DNA from: Ginsengibacter sp.
GTDB lineage: Bacteria; Bacteroidota; Bacteroidia; Chitinophagales; Chitinophagaceae
Assembly (NCBI GenBank): GCA_039933035.1
Contig: JBDTOV010000002.1
Span: 12,329 to 76,328, forward strand
Reading direction: 5' to 3'
DNA length: 64,000 bases
Position numbers and translations under genes: made by a program. Positions 40,171-49,617 of this stretch are shown here, piece after piece. Position 1 is the stretch's first letter; each line of letters starts with the position of its first letter. The notes under the pieces were generated by a model. It worked only from the letters and a program-made list of their open reading frames with translations, did no database searches and was not told the origin of the DNA.

Positions 40171-42396
40171 ATGAAAAAAGTAATTAATATAAATTTCCAG
40201 GGAGTTGTGGTTCCCATTGAGGAAACGTCTTATGAATTGCTGAAACAATATATAGAAAGCCTGCGTCAGTATTTTGAAAATGAAGATGGACGGGATGAAA
40301 TTATTAATGATATTGAAAGCCGCATCAGCGAACTGTTCCAGGAACGTTTAAAAAACGGATCCACCTGCATTACGGATGACGACGTAAACGCTATCATTAA
40401 GAATATGGGACGGCCACAGGATTTTGAAGACGCTGAAAATGGGGAACAATCCGCCAGTAACAAAAGCAGGAAAGAAGATGCCGGAAAAGAAAAGACAGAA
40501 AATTTCTTTCAATATAATTGGAAAGGTAAACGCCTTTACCGCGATGAGAACCATAAAATATTAGGTGGTGTTTGCAGTGGTATTGCCGCATACTTTGGCA
40601 TTGATCCGGTTATTGTAAGGGTAATATTTATCGTATCGGGTATCGGCTTTTTATTGTATCTCCTGCTTTGGATATTTGTTCCCGGCAGTAATATGCTCAC
40701 GAATGGGGTTCGCAAGAGATTGTATCGTAATCCGGATGGAAAAATTATTGGCGGGGTATGTAGTGGTATAGGCAGCTATTTTGATGTCAATCCATGGCTT
40801 CCGAGAATCATCTTTTTAATTCCGTTTATTTCTTTCTTTTTCAGGTGGGGTCATATCGGGCCATTAACATTTCCAAATTTCCTTAGTTTCTCCTTTAGCC
40901 CCGGTACATTTATAATTTACGTAATACTATGGCTTGTGATCCCGGAGGCAAGTACCACTTCCGAAAAACTGGAGATGAAAGGAGAAAAAGTAGATCTTAA
41001 TTCTATCAAGAATTCAGTTGTAGAGGAGATGAAAGGGGTAAAAGAAAGAGTCAATAAACTCGGTATGGAGGCCGGAAACATTGCAAAAGAAAGAGGCGGT
41101 GAGATTGGTAAAGAAATGCAATATGCCGCGAAAAGAACCAGTGGAGCTTTAGGAAATATTATAGTCACCCTTTTTAAAGTTTTTGCTTACATCGTTCTCG
41201 GCTGTATCGCATTAGCGCTCATTGTTGCTTTATTTTCAATTGCCATTGTTTCCATAGGATTGTTTCCCTTAAAAGAATTTGTGCTTACGGATGGCTGGCA
41301 AAGTGTACTAGCCTGGGGAACACTTATATTTTTTATTGGAGTTCCGGTGGTTGGGGTTATCACTTTTATTATACGAAGAATTGCAAAAATAAAGAGCAGG
41401 AATCGTATGATGCGGTTTTCATTCCTGGGATTGTGGATACTGGGAATTATTTGTTTTGTTTCACTAATTGGTTCGGTAAGCAATGATTTTAGAAGAACAA
41501 GTTCTTTGAATGAACAAAAAATATTTCTTCTTAACCCAGGCGTGCAAATGCTGGATGTGAATTCATTAAATAACAACCGTTATAATAGAAATAACAGTTG
41601 GTTTCGGTTTGAGCCCTTTGCGAACTTTGATGATGATACCGTATTTATAGGAAACGTCAGGATAAAAATTGAAAAATCTCCAACAGATAGTTTCCAGGTT
41701 GGCATTATAAAGATGTGTAACGGAAATAGCAGGAGAAACGCCGACACACTCGCTTCCCTTATTAAATTTAATATTTCGCAAAATGATTCAATATTACTTA
41801 CTGACAGGGCGATCTCAATCAATGCCACAGATAAATTCAGAAATCAAAGTGTGGACGTTGTAGTATACGTTCCGGTTGGCCATCACATCAGGGTCAATAA
41901 AAATATGAGTTATAACAGGATAAGGATAAACGGCCCATGGTGGAATCATGATGACTGGAATTATTGGGATGATAACGATGACTATAATTATAAATACGGG
42001 GAAATATATATCATGAAAGAAGATGGATTATATACATTAGATGGAATTCCCTCGAACAAAGAAAATGACTACCGGAGAAATTGGAATTCTGAATATGATG
42101 AGGATGAAAATCCCTCCGGTACGCTCCCGCAAGACCAAAATTACCGGTACGATCAACATAATAAATTGGATTCCATGAGTAATGCCAAAAAAATGCAAAT
42201 GCAAAAAATACAGGCATCTATTGATTCATTAATAAAAGAGAAGGAAAAAGAAGATAACAAGCTAAAAGATTCATTAAATAAAGCCAAAGAAAAGCTGGAA
42301 CAAAAAATCGAAAAGCTTGACGACAAAACCGGCGCACCAGCCGAAGCATATATACATTCCGGGAATGGCGGGTATAATTTTGTAATGCATATATAG
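40171..42396 (+). CDS. Large PspC-domain membrane protein (two PspC domains)
   Basis: 741 aa. PspC motifs ILGGVCSGIAAYFGIDPVIVRVIFIV and IIGGVCSGIGSYFDVNPWLPRIIFLI, additional TM helices, a D/N/W/Y-rich segment and a C-terminal coiled coil. Confidence 0.8.
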   Translation: MKKVININFQGVVVPIEETSYELLKQYIESLRQYFENEDGRDEIINDIESRISELFQERLKNGSTCITDDDVNAIIKNMGRPQDFEDAENGEQSASNKSRKEDAGKEKTENFFQYNWKGKRLYRDENHKILGGVCSGIAAYFGIDPVIVRVIFIVSGIGFLLYLLLWIFVPGSNMLTNGVRKRLYRNPDGKIIGGVCSGIGSYFDVNPWLPRIIFLIPFISFFFRWGHIGPLTFPNFLSFSFSPGTFIIYVILWLVIPEASTTSEKLEMKGEKVDLNSIKNSVVEEMKGVKERVNKLGMEAGNIAKERGGEIGKEMQYAAKRTSGALGNIIVTLFKVFAYIVLGCIALALIVALFSIAIVSIGLFPLKEFVLTDGWQSVLAWGTLIFFIGVPVVGVITFIIRRIAKIKSRNRMMRFSFLGLWILGIICFVSLIGSVSNDFRRTSSLNEQKIFLLNPGVQMLDVNSLNNNRYNRNNSWFRFEPFANFDDDTVFIGNVRIKIEKSPTDSFQVGIIKMCNGNSRRNADTLASLIKFNISQNDSILLTDRAISINATDKFRNQSVDVVVYVPVGHHIRVNKNMSYNRIRINGPWWNHDDWNYWDDNDDYNYKYGEIYIMKEDGLYTLDGIPSNKENDYRRNWNSEYDEDENPSGTLPQDQNYRYDQHNKLDSMSNAKKMQMQKIQASIDSLIKEKEKEDNKLKDSLNKAKEKLEQKIEKLDDKTGAPAEAYIHSGNGGYNFVMHI

Positions 42397-42430
42397 ATAT
42401 AAACTTTGTAAGGTTGAAGTTGAAAAACAA

Positions 42431-42464
42431 GGCTTCATGCGTAATGCATGGGGCCTTTATCTTT
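42431..42464 (+). terminator. Rho-independent terminator after the PspC-domain gene
   Basis: GGCTTCATGC-GTAAT-GCATGGGGCC (10-bp stem including 2 G-U pairs) followed by TTTATCTTT. Confidence 0.6.
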
Positions 42465-42561
42465 GTGCTCACTGATATTAAGTTTTGATGATTATTCAAT
42501 AATTTCATATGAGTGAATGGCGTTTAAAAAATCTAAAATGTATGCAACCTGATTTTTCACA

Positions 42562-42569
42562 TAAATTTG
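42562..42569 (+). promoter_or_regulatory. -7 box (TAnnTTTG) upstream of gcvT
   Basis: TAAATTTG lies 13 nt upstream of ATG 42583. Confidence 0.35.
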
Positions 42570-42582
42570 CACCTCTTTAAAA

Positions 42583-43674
42583 ATGATTATGAAGAATACG
42601 CCCTTCACAAAAAAACATATTGAACTCGGAGCTAAAATGGCTGAATTCGCAGGATATAATATGCCGATAAGTTATTCGGGAATTAATGACGAGCACGTAA
42701 CGGTAAGAAAAAAAGCCGGCGTTTTTGATGTAAGCCACATGGGAGAGTTCATTTTAAAAGGGGACAAAGCCCTTGACCTTATTCAAAAGGTCACCAGTAA
42801 TGATGCTTCCAAACTTTCGGACGGAAAAGCTCAATATAGTTGTCTCACCAATGAAGCGGGAGGTATTGTTGATGATCTTATTGTGTACTGTATCGGGAAG
42901 AATAAGGTATATATGCTAGTCGTGAATGCTGCTAATATTGAAAAGGACTGGAAGTGGATCCAGCAACATAATGACGAAGAAGTTGACATGCATAATATTT
43001 CAGACCATACCTGCCTGTTGGCAATCCAGGGGCCGAATGCAACAAAAATATTACAGCCGCTCACTGAAATTGATATTATGAACCTAAAATATTACACCTT
43101 TGTGAAGGGTAAATTTGCCGGTATAGATAATGTTTTAATAAGTGCCACGGGCTACACCGGCTCGGGAGGTATAGAAATTTATTTCGAAGACAAAGACAAC
43201 GCAGCTGATACCATCTGGACTAAAATTTTTGAACAGGGTGCTTCGGCGGGGCTAAAGCCGATAGGCCTGGCCGCAAGAGATACCTTGCGACTCGAAATGG
43301 GCTATTGCCTCTATGGAAATGACATAGATGATACTACGTCGCCGCTTGAAGCCGGGCTCGGATGGATCACAAAATTCACAAAAGATTTTGTTGCCGGTAA
43401 GATTTTGGAAGAACAAAAAAAAGCCGGAGTTCAGAAAAAGCTGGTGGGGTTAGAGATGATAGAAAAAGGTATACCCCGGCATCATTACGAAATTAAGAAT
43501 AGTGAGGGGATTACTATCGGGCAGGTTACGAGTGGAACACAATCGCCTTCTTTGAATAAAGCCATTGCCATGGGCTATCTTGATGTAGGATACTCAAAAA
43601 TTGACATGCAGGTTTACATAAAAGTAAGAGACAAATTACTCACGGCCAGGGTAGTTAAAATGCCTTTTGAATAA
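42583..43674 (+). CDS. gcvT: Glycine cleavage system aminomethyltransferase (T protein)
   Basis: 363 aa. [19 protein letters not shown] and [11 protein letters not shown] motifs. Confidence 0.93.
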   Translation: MIMKNTPFTKKHIELGAKMAEFAGYNMPISYSGINDEHVTVRKKAGVFDVSHMGEFILKGDKALDLIQKVTSNDASKLSDGKAQYSCLTNEAGGIVDDLIVYCIGKNKVYMLVVNAANIEKDWKWIQQHNDEEVDMHNISDHTCLLAIQGPNATKILQPLTEIDIMNLKYYTFVKGKFAGIDNVLISATGYTGSGGIEIYFEDKDNAADTIWTKIFEQGASAGLKPIGLAARDTLRLEMGYCLYGNDIDDTTSPLEAGLGWITKFTKDFVAGKILEEQKKAGVQKKLVGLEMIEKGIPRHHYEIKNSEGITIGQVTSGTQSPSLNKAIAMGYLDVGYSKIDMQVYIKVRDKLLTARVVKMPFE

Positions 43675-43716
43675 AGGCAGGAAGCCAAATAAAAACATCC
43701 TTAAGCATTCTTTTGA

Positions 43717-44457
43717 ATGAAATCAGAAAAAAATAATCAACCAACACTTACTACGTCCCTCTCTCCCTCCTTATTGCATTTGTACGATGCAAGTAGTAGT
43801 ATTGTTGTTATCATAGATATATTGCGGGCTACTTCCACTATCGTTAATGCCTTGCACAATGGTGCAAAAAGTGTTATTCCGGTTGATAGTGTGGCAGATT
43901 GTATAAAACTGGGTAAGAAATTAGATGTCATTACCGCCGGAGAAAGAGATGGAAAAATAGCAGAAGGATTAAAATATGGTAATACACCTTTACAATACAC
44001 GCCTGGCTTCATCAAAGGAAAGACACTGGTACTCACTACAACCAACGGAACCCGGTTGTTACACATGGCTTTGGCGGCAGGTGCACAAAGTATTATCACC
44101 GGATCATTCTGTAATCTTTCCGCAGTATGTGACTACTTAATTGCTCAAAATAAAAATGTGATACTGGCATGTGCTGCCTGGAAGGACCGTATTAACATTG
44201 AGGATACTTTATTTGCGGGAGCGGTTGTAAGCACAATAAAAAGTAGTTTTTATCAAAATTGTGATGCCACCAAAATTGCAGAAACTTTATATATCGAGGG
44301 CAAAAATGATCTTTTTGCATTTATGAAAGATCGCAATGCTTCGCATTTTCAAAGACTAATGGGTTTTGGGCTTGAAGAAGATATTCGATTTTGCCTTACT
44401 ATAGATAATGCGAATTCTCTCGTTTTGTATGAAGCCGGCCGACTTATAACAGGCTAA
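43717..44457 (+). CDS. 2-phosphosulfolactate phosphatase family protein (ComB-like)
   Basis: 246 aa. VIIDILRATST N-terminal motif and TTTNGT segment. Confidence 0.75.
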   Translation: MKSEKNNQPTLTTSLSPSLLHLYDASSSIVVIIDILRATSTIVNALHNGAKSVIPVDSVADCIKLGKKLDVITAGERDGKIAEGLKYGNTPLQYTPGFIKGKTLVLTTTNGTRLLHMALAAGAQSIITGSFCNLSAVCDYLIAQNKNVILACAAWKDRINIEDTLFAGAVVSTIKSSFYQNCDATKIAETLYIEGKNDLFAFMKDRNASHFQRLMGFGLEEDIRFCLTIDNANSLVLYEAGRLITG

Positions 44458-44573
44458 CAATATCATTACTTGCGATTCAATGCGACAAAGGGTTTATTAA
44501 AAATACGACCCTTCCAAATTTCTTGCACACTTATTTTTTCTTTACTTTTGCAAATTGCCCTTTTTTCAACCAT

Positions 44574-47500
44574 ATGCAGCGGAAAGTTCCCCTGTCCAAA
44601 CCGAAAACAGAACGTATATTGGCGCTCCCTCATTTAATTAAATATGTTTACAATTCCGGTACTGATGAAGTAATTCGCCGGGGCAAAAAGATTCACACCC
44701 TTGGCTATGTTGAGCTTGTGGAGCATGACACCCTGATGCATTCAGTCACTTTTCGCGTTAAAGACGATAGTTATTCCACATTTTATAAAGTGCACGTCCA
44801 AAAATATGATGACCCAAAGTCACTATTGATACGGTGCTCATGCCCGTATAATTTAGGCGACATCTGCCGTCATGAGGCTGCCGCCTTATTCCAATTACAG
44901 GACCTGATAGATAGAAATTTACTGGAAACGGACGAAGCTGTTGTGTACGATCAAAAACATACAGTGGTAAAAATGAAAAACATTGACCTGAGGACCATAC
45001 GGCTGCTGGCGGGCGAAGAAAATGTAAACGACGCCGAAGAAATATTCAGGATTCATAAATCGAATATTACGTATGCAGCTAATGAGAAAGTAGAGGCCGT
45101 GCTTGAGACGGAAGAAGGAAAATTCAGGTTGATTATTCAAAAAAATGAAGAAAGGAATTTTGATACAGCCTGCAACTGTAGCGAAAAGGAGCACGCCTTA
45201 TGCAGGCACAAAACCCTGTTATTTCTTCAACTTTTACATGCTTATGGCCCTTATTATTTTGATACAATAAGAAACTGGGACAAAGAGAAGAATAAATTGC
45301 TGGAATTGTATGGATATAGTTTAAATGAAGAACTTTCCGGCAAATTTGAGTTTACTTATAAAGAGGGCAAGCCGTTCTTAAAAGTTCTTGATCCCACTAT
45401 CAAAAGAGTTGTGCCGGGTGCCGTAAATAAGCCTTTCATACCTGTTCTTGAACGCGACGAAGTTGATACGGTAATAGCGCAGAAACAGAAAAGAGCGGCC
45501 ATTGTGTTTAATGCAAACCAAAGCGCCTTTCCTTTCTTTTCGATTGATGTGGTCCAGGGAGAATTTGATGAAGAAAAGGAAAAATTTATTGGCCGTATAG
45601 AAAAGCTGGATTTAAGCAAATTCATTAATACAGATCTGCTTTCTGAGAATGACCGGCAACTTATACAGCTGGCCAGGAAATTGCAACAGGTAGAAATAAA
45701 CAAATATTTAAATCGCAATTCCCCCTTTAGTGGCTTCTGGGAAAATATTATTCAGCACGAAAACGAAGAACTTCCTGAAGAAACCAAAATGCTGATTGTT
45801 GAATTTCTGTATCCTAAACTTAAAAAGATATTTGAAGGAACGAATATTACATTGTACTTACCCGAAGGCAAAAAATTTAAGTCAGAGAATTTAGAAACAG
45901 TATATACCTCAACCCATATTCCTTCACTCCATTTTAAAGTATTCAGTAAGGAAGATGAATATGTCATAGAAAGCTCAATCGTCATAGATAGTGAAGCGCT
46001 AAAAGTTTCCGATAACCAATGGAATAATTATTTACTTTTTTTATATTCCAGGGAAATGTACCTGTGGCAACGGGGAGACGATGCACTGGTTGCGCAAAAA
46101 TTCAGTAACCCACTGCACGTAGACAAGGAAAAGTGGCCGGCATTTTTAAGAGATGTTGTAATGCCGCTTACAAAAGATTATGACGTTTCGTTTGATAAAT
46201 CCCTGGTTAAAGAAACGAAAGATGGTGAGCCGGAAATTACCTTAATGCTGGTGGAGAAAGGGGATTATCTCTTATTTCAGCCGGTGTACAGTTATAAGGG
46301 ATTTAGTGTAAAAGCTGGGGACAAAGAAACGATTATAGTGCCTGAAGGGGATAAAGTTCTAATGGTGTACAGGAACAAACTGGCGGAGCAAAATTTTCAC
46401 GATAAACTGGCCGGTTTGCACTCGCAGTTTGTAAGCAAAAAACAAACAGATAATCTTGTTTTAAAAGGATCAGATGTGCTTAAAAATAACTGGTTCTTTT
46501 TATTTGTTGATGCCATGAAGGAAATGAAAATTCCCGTATTTGGTTTCAACGCGCTTAAAAACTTCCGGTTTAATACAGCAAAACCTTCAACACAAATTCA
46601 TTTAAGTAGCGGAGTTGATTGGTTCGACGCGAAAGTGGAAATTTCGTTCGGAGAACAGCGTATCGGTATTTCCGAAATTAAAAAGGCCCTAACCAATAAG
46701 CAATCTTTTGTACAATTAAATGATGGTTCTCTTGGTATTTTGCCAGATGAATGGATTAATAAATATTCACTCCTTTTTAAAGTCGGAGAAGGAAAAGACA
46801 AGAAATTGCGTCTTTCCAGGTTTCACCTGAGCGTGATAGATGATTTATATGAAAAAAGAGACGAAACAGAACTTTCCTTTGAGCTGGATGAGAAATATGA
46901 AAAACTGAGAAATTTCAAAAGCATTCCGGAAGTTGCTGTACCGGAAGAACTTGAAAACAGGTTGAGGCCTTACCAGGTTTCAGGATTTCATTGGCTCAAT
47001 TATTTAAATACGGTTGGCTGGGGAGGTATTCTTGCGGATGACATGGGACTGGGAAAAACGGTGCAGGCGTTAAGTATGTTGAGCCATTTTGCAAAGCTGG
47101 AGGGTGGACTGAAAGCTTTGGTAGTATGTCCCACAACGCTCATCTATAATTGGGAAAATGAGATTAGGAAATTTACCCCATCCCTTACCTGGTGCATTCA
47201 CCACGGAAGCCTTCGCGTCCGTAAACCGGAAGACTTTCAAAATTGCAATATTATCATCACTACTTATGGAACATTAAGAAGTGATATCCAGTTAATGATG
47301 AAAATATTATTCGATTATGTCGTTCTTGATGAATCGCAGGCTATAAAAAATCCCTCATCAAAAGTTACCAAAGCAGCTTGTTTACTTACAGCCAGGAACA
47401 GGCTCTGTATGAGTGGAACACCCTTGCAGAACAATACTTTTGATGTATATGCACAAATGAATTTTTTAAACCCCGGCCTGTTAGGTTCAGTAGAATTTTT

Positions 47501-48350
47501 CCGAAATGAATTTTCAACGCCCATTGATAAATTTGGCGAGCAGGAACAAAAAGATCATCTGCGTAAACTTTTATATCCGTTTATATTAAGAAGAACAAAA
47601 GAACAGGTAGCCAAAGACCTTCCCGAAAAAACGGAGACCATTCTTTTTTGCGAAATGGAAGACGAACAAAGAAAAGTTTATGAAGCATACCGTAGTGCTT
47701 ACCGCGATAAAATTATTGGTGTTATTGATGGTGTTGGAATTGATAAGTCCCAGCTAACCATCTTACAGGGTTTAATGAAGCTAAGGCAGATTTGTGATAG
47801 TCCTGCTATTCTTAATGAAGAAGAAAAATATCCCAATCATTCCATTAAGCTCGATGAACTTACCAGGGAAATAACCGAAAATATCGGGGAACACAAAGCA
47901 CTTGTGTTTTCACAATTTCTTGGAATGCTGGCTTTGATAAAAGGAAAACTTGAGGAAAATAATATTCCCTTTGATTATTTTGATGGAAGTACTCCTTCAC
48001 ACGAAAGAGAGCGGGCGATACAAAATTTTCAGACTAATGATAAATCCAGGGTTTTTCTCATTTCGCTCAAAGCGGGAGGAGTGGGCCTTAATTTAACCGC
48101 CGCTGATTACGTTTACATTGTAGATCCCTGGTGGAACCCCGCAGTAGAGCAGCAGGCGATAGATCGTACACACCGAATCGGCCAAACTAAAAATATTTTT
48201 GCATATAGAATGATATGTAAAGACACCATTGAAGATAAAATCCTGTTGCTACAGGAGCGTAAGCGGATCCTTGCCAAGGAATTAATTTCCGATGATCAGA
48301 CTTTTGTTCGGGGCCTTAGTAAAGAAGACGTTGAATATCTCTTTAGTTAA
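44574..48350 (+). CDS. SNF2-family helicase with two N-terminal SWIM zinc fingers
   Basis: SWIM motifs CSCPYNLGDICRHEAAAL and CNCSEKEHALCRHKTLL. Helicase motifs I LADDMGLGKT and II DESQAIKN, then C-terminal GGVGLNLTAADYVYIVDPWWNPAVEQQAIDRTHRIGQ. The start was moved to ATG 44574. Confidence 0.9.
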   Translation: MQRKVPLSKPKTERILALPHLIKYVYNSGTDEVIRRGKKIHTLGYVELVEHDTLMHSVTFRVKDDSYSTFYKVHVQKYDDPKSLLIRCSCPYNLGDICRHEAAALFQLQDLIDRNLLETDEAVVYDQKHTVVKMKNIDLRTIRLLAGEENVNDAEEIFRIHKSNITYAANEKVEAVLETEEGKFRLIIQKNEERNFDTACNCSEKEHALCRHKTLLFLQLLHAYGPYYFDTIRNWDKEKNKLLELYGYSLNEELSGKFEFTYKEGKPFLKVLDPTIKRVVPGAVNKPFIPVLERDEVDTVIAQKQKRAAIVFNANQSAFPFFSIDVVQGEFDEEKEKFIGRIEKLDLSKFINTDLLSENDRQLIQLARKLQQVEINKYLNRNSPFSGFWENIIQHENEELPEETKMLIVEFLYPKLKKIFEGTNITLYLPEGKKFKSENLETVYTSTHIPSLHFKVFSKEDEYVIESSIVIDSEALKVSDNQWNNYLLFLYSREMYLWQRGDDALVAQKFSNPLHVDKEKWPAFLRDVVMPLTKDYDVSFDKSLVKETKDGEPEITLMLVEKGDYLLFQPVYSYKGFSVKAGDKETIIVPEGDKVLMVYRNKLAEQNFHDKLAGLHSQFVSKKQTDNLVLKGSDVLKNNWFFLFVDAMKEMKIPVFGFNALKNFRFNTAKPSTQIHLSSGVDWFDAKVEISFGEQRIGISEIKKALTNKQSFVQLNDGSLGILPDEWINKYSLLFKVGEGKDKKLRLSRFHLSVIDDLYEKRDETELSFELDEKYEKLRNFKSIPEVAVPEELENRLRPYQVSGFHWLNYLNTVGWGGILADDMGLGKTVQALSMLSHFAKLEGGLKALVVCPTTLIYNWENEIRKFTPSLTWCIHHGSLRVRKPEDFQNCNIIITTYGTLRSDIQLMMKILFDYVVLDESQAIKNPSSKVTKAACLLTARNRLCMSGTPLQNNTFDVYAQMNFLNPGLLGSVEFFRNEFSTPIDKFGEQEQKDHLRKLLYPFILRRTKEQVAKDLPEKTETILFCEMEDEQRKVYEAYRSAYRDKIIGVIDGVGIDKSQLTILQGLMKLRQICDSPAILNEEEKYPNHSIKLDELTREITENIGEHKALVFSQFLGMLALIKGKLEENNIPFDYFDGSTPSHERERAIQNFQTNDKSRVFLISLKAGGVGLNLTAADYVYIVDPWWNPAVEQQAIDRTHRIGQTKNIFAYRMICKDTIEDKILLLQERKRILAKELISDDQTFVRGLSKEDVEYLFS

Positions 48351-48704
48351 AATAGTGTGGAACAAATAAAATCCTTTAATCTTTGAAAATATTTATCGGT
48401 CCCTGATTCAAATCGGGTAACAAAATATTTTGCGAGGTAAATACAGAATAATGAGAGTCAAGTTTTCTTTTTGTAATCCTGGAATTTCATAAACCTGGTT
48501 TTAGAAGTGGGATATCGGTTTGGTTTTTTGCAACTCTAAAGTAAAAATTACATGTGTGAATTTTCAATTACACCATTGCTCTTTTTTACAGTAAATTTCG
48601 TATTCTTTTAGTTCTTGCCGTATTCACCTGTTGTATTCTCTCAACTTCTGTTACTGCTTTTTGTATATTTCCTGGTATTGTAAAATGAGGGTTTTTGGGG
48701 TCGT

Positions 48705-48750
48705 TTAAAAAAAAGCAATTAATAAAAAAATGTCTTATCAATTGCTTTTT
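48705..48750 (-). terminator. Hairpin terminator after the 48771-49223 gene
   Basis: The minus strand reads AAAAGCAATT-(19 nt)-AATTGCTTTT followed by TTTT. 10-bp perfect stem but a long loop. Confidence 0.45.
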
Positions 48751-48770
48751 AAAATGATCGCCGATATTGA

Positions 48771-49223
48771 TCAATCAGCTTTTGTCAATTTTTTTTCAAG
48801 CCTGATATCGCCCGTTGCATTTGATTCAATATTGTACCAGTATTTATTGTCTTCCAGTACTATATGATACTCGATTTTTTCACTATTTGAAACCTCTGTT
48901 ATTCCAAATATCTTTTTGCCTGGGTACTTTTCATATATTTTTGCCCTGATAACCGGTGAAAGATCGGGCTCTGTATAGTATCTTGTGGTACTCAATACTT
49001 CCCCATCGGGGCTGTAATCAATCCGGCAGGACATGTTGTTATCGGGATTTGTGAAAAATACTTCATAGTAACCTTCGAAACTGTACCAGGTAGGCTGCTT
49101 TACTTCAGGAAAGGCATCATGAAATACTTTTAAAACTTTTTCAGTCACCACAGGTGCTGGTGCCGCAAAAATTGATGTGGCTGAAATGAATGCAGCGAGG
49201 CATACACAAATGAACTTTTTCAT
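48771..49223 (-). CDS. Secreted hypothetical protein (PepSY-like beta-rich fold suspected)
   Basis: 150 aa with a signal peptide (MKKFICVCLAAFISATSIFA). No recognisable catalytic motif. Confidence 0.5.
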   Translation of the reverse strand: MKKFICVCLAAFISATSIFAAPAPVVTEKVLKVFHDAFPEVKQPTWYSFEGYYEVFFTNPDNNMSCRIDYSPDGEVLSTTRYYTEPDLSPVIRAKIYEKYPGKKIFGITEVSNSEKIEYHIVLEDNKYWYNIESNATGDIRLEKKLTKAD

Positions 49224-49605
49224 AATTTTTTATTTTTATTGGTTAAGGAATCGAAGTAAATTTAGCAGCCTTTGAAGAGATAAAATTGAATTTGGTATCA
49301 TCGGTAACGCTGTGTGGAAGCGGGTTTCGTTAATATAACGTTAACAGGTAGGATGAAGCATGGTAATAAGAAACTGAAATGCACTTTTTGCAGGATGAGC
49401 CCCGTTTTATAGTAGTTTAAAAAGTTAGAATTCAACATTTATTTTTTGAAGAAACAAGGATAAATGGCATTATAACTTTGCAGAAGTATTTTATTAATAC
49501 AATATTGATAAAAAAAAAGCGAGTAAGTCCCAGGGTTCTGGCTTAAAATTGCGCAGGGTACCTTTTGCAAACACTTTGTATGGTTACAAACCCTTCGGCT
49601 TTATG

Positions 49606-49613
49606 TAACTTTG
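49606..49613 (+). promoter_or_regulatory. -7 box (TAnnTTTG) abutting the uvrD-like start codon
   Basis: TAACTTTG-CCCT-ATG, the same 4-nt spacing as at mnmG. Confidence 0.35.
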
Positions 49614-49617
49614 CCCT

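Noticed and set aside
42397-42582. Looked for a glycine riboswitch upstream of gcvT.
   Set aside because: The conserved GGAGAG...ACCGAAGGGGCAA-type cores are not visible in the 186-nt leader. Only a -7 box is present close to the ATG.
48586-48774. 62-aa minus-strand ORF overlapping the stop of the 48771-49223 gene by 4 nt (TTGA), which looked like a coupled small gene.
   Set aside because: It needs a TTG start. A 10-bp-stem hairpin with a U-tract (48705-48750) that looks like the upstream gene's terminator lies inside it, and no motif is recognisable.
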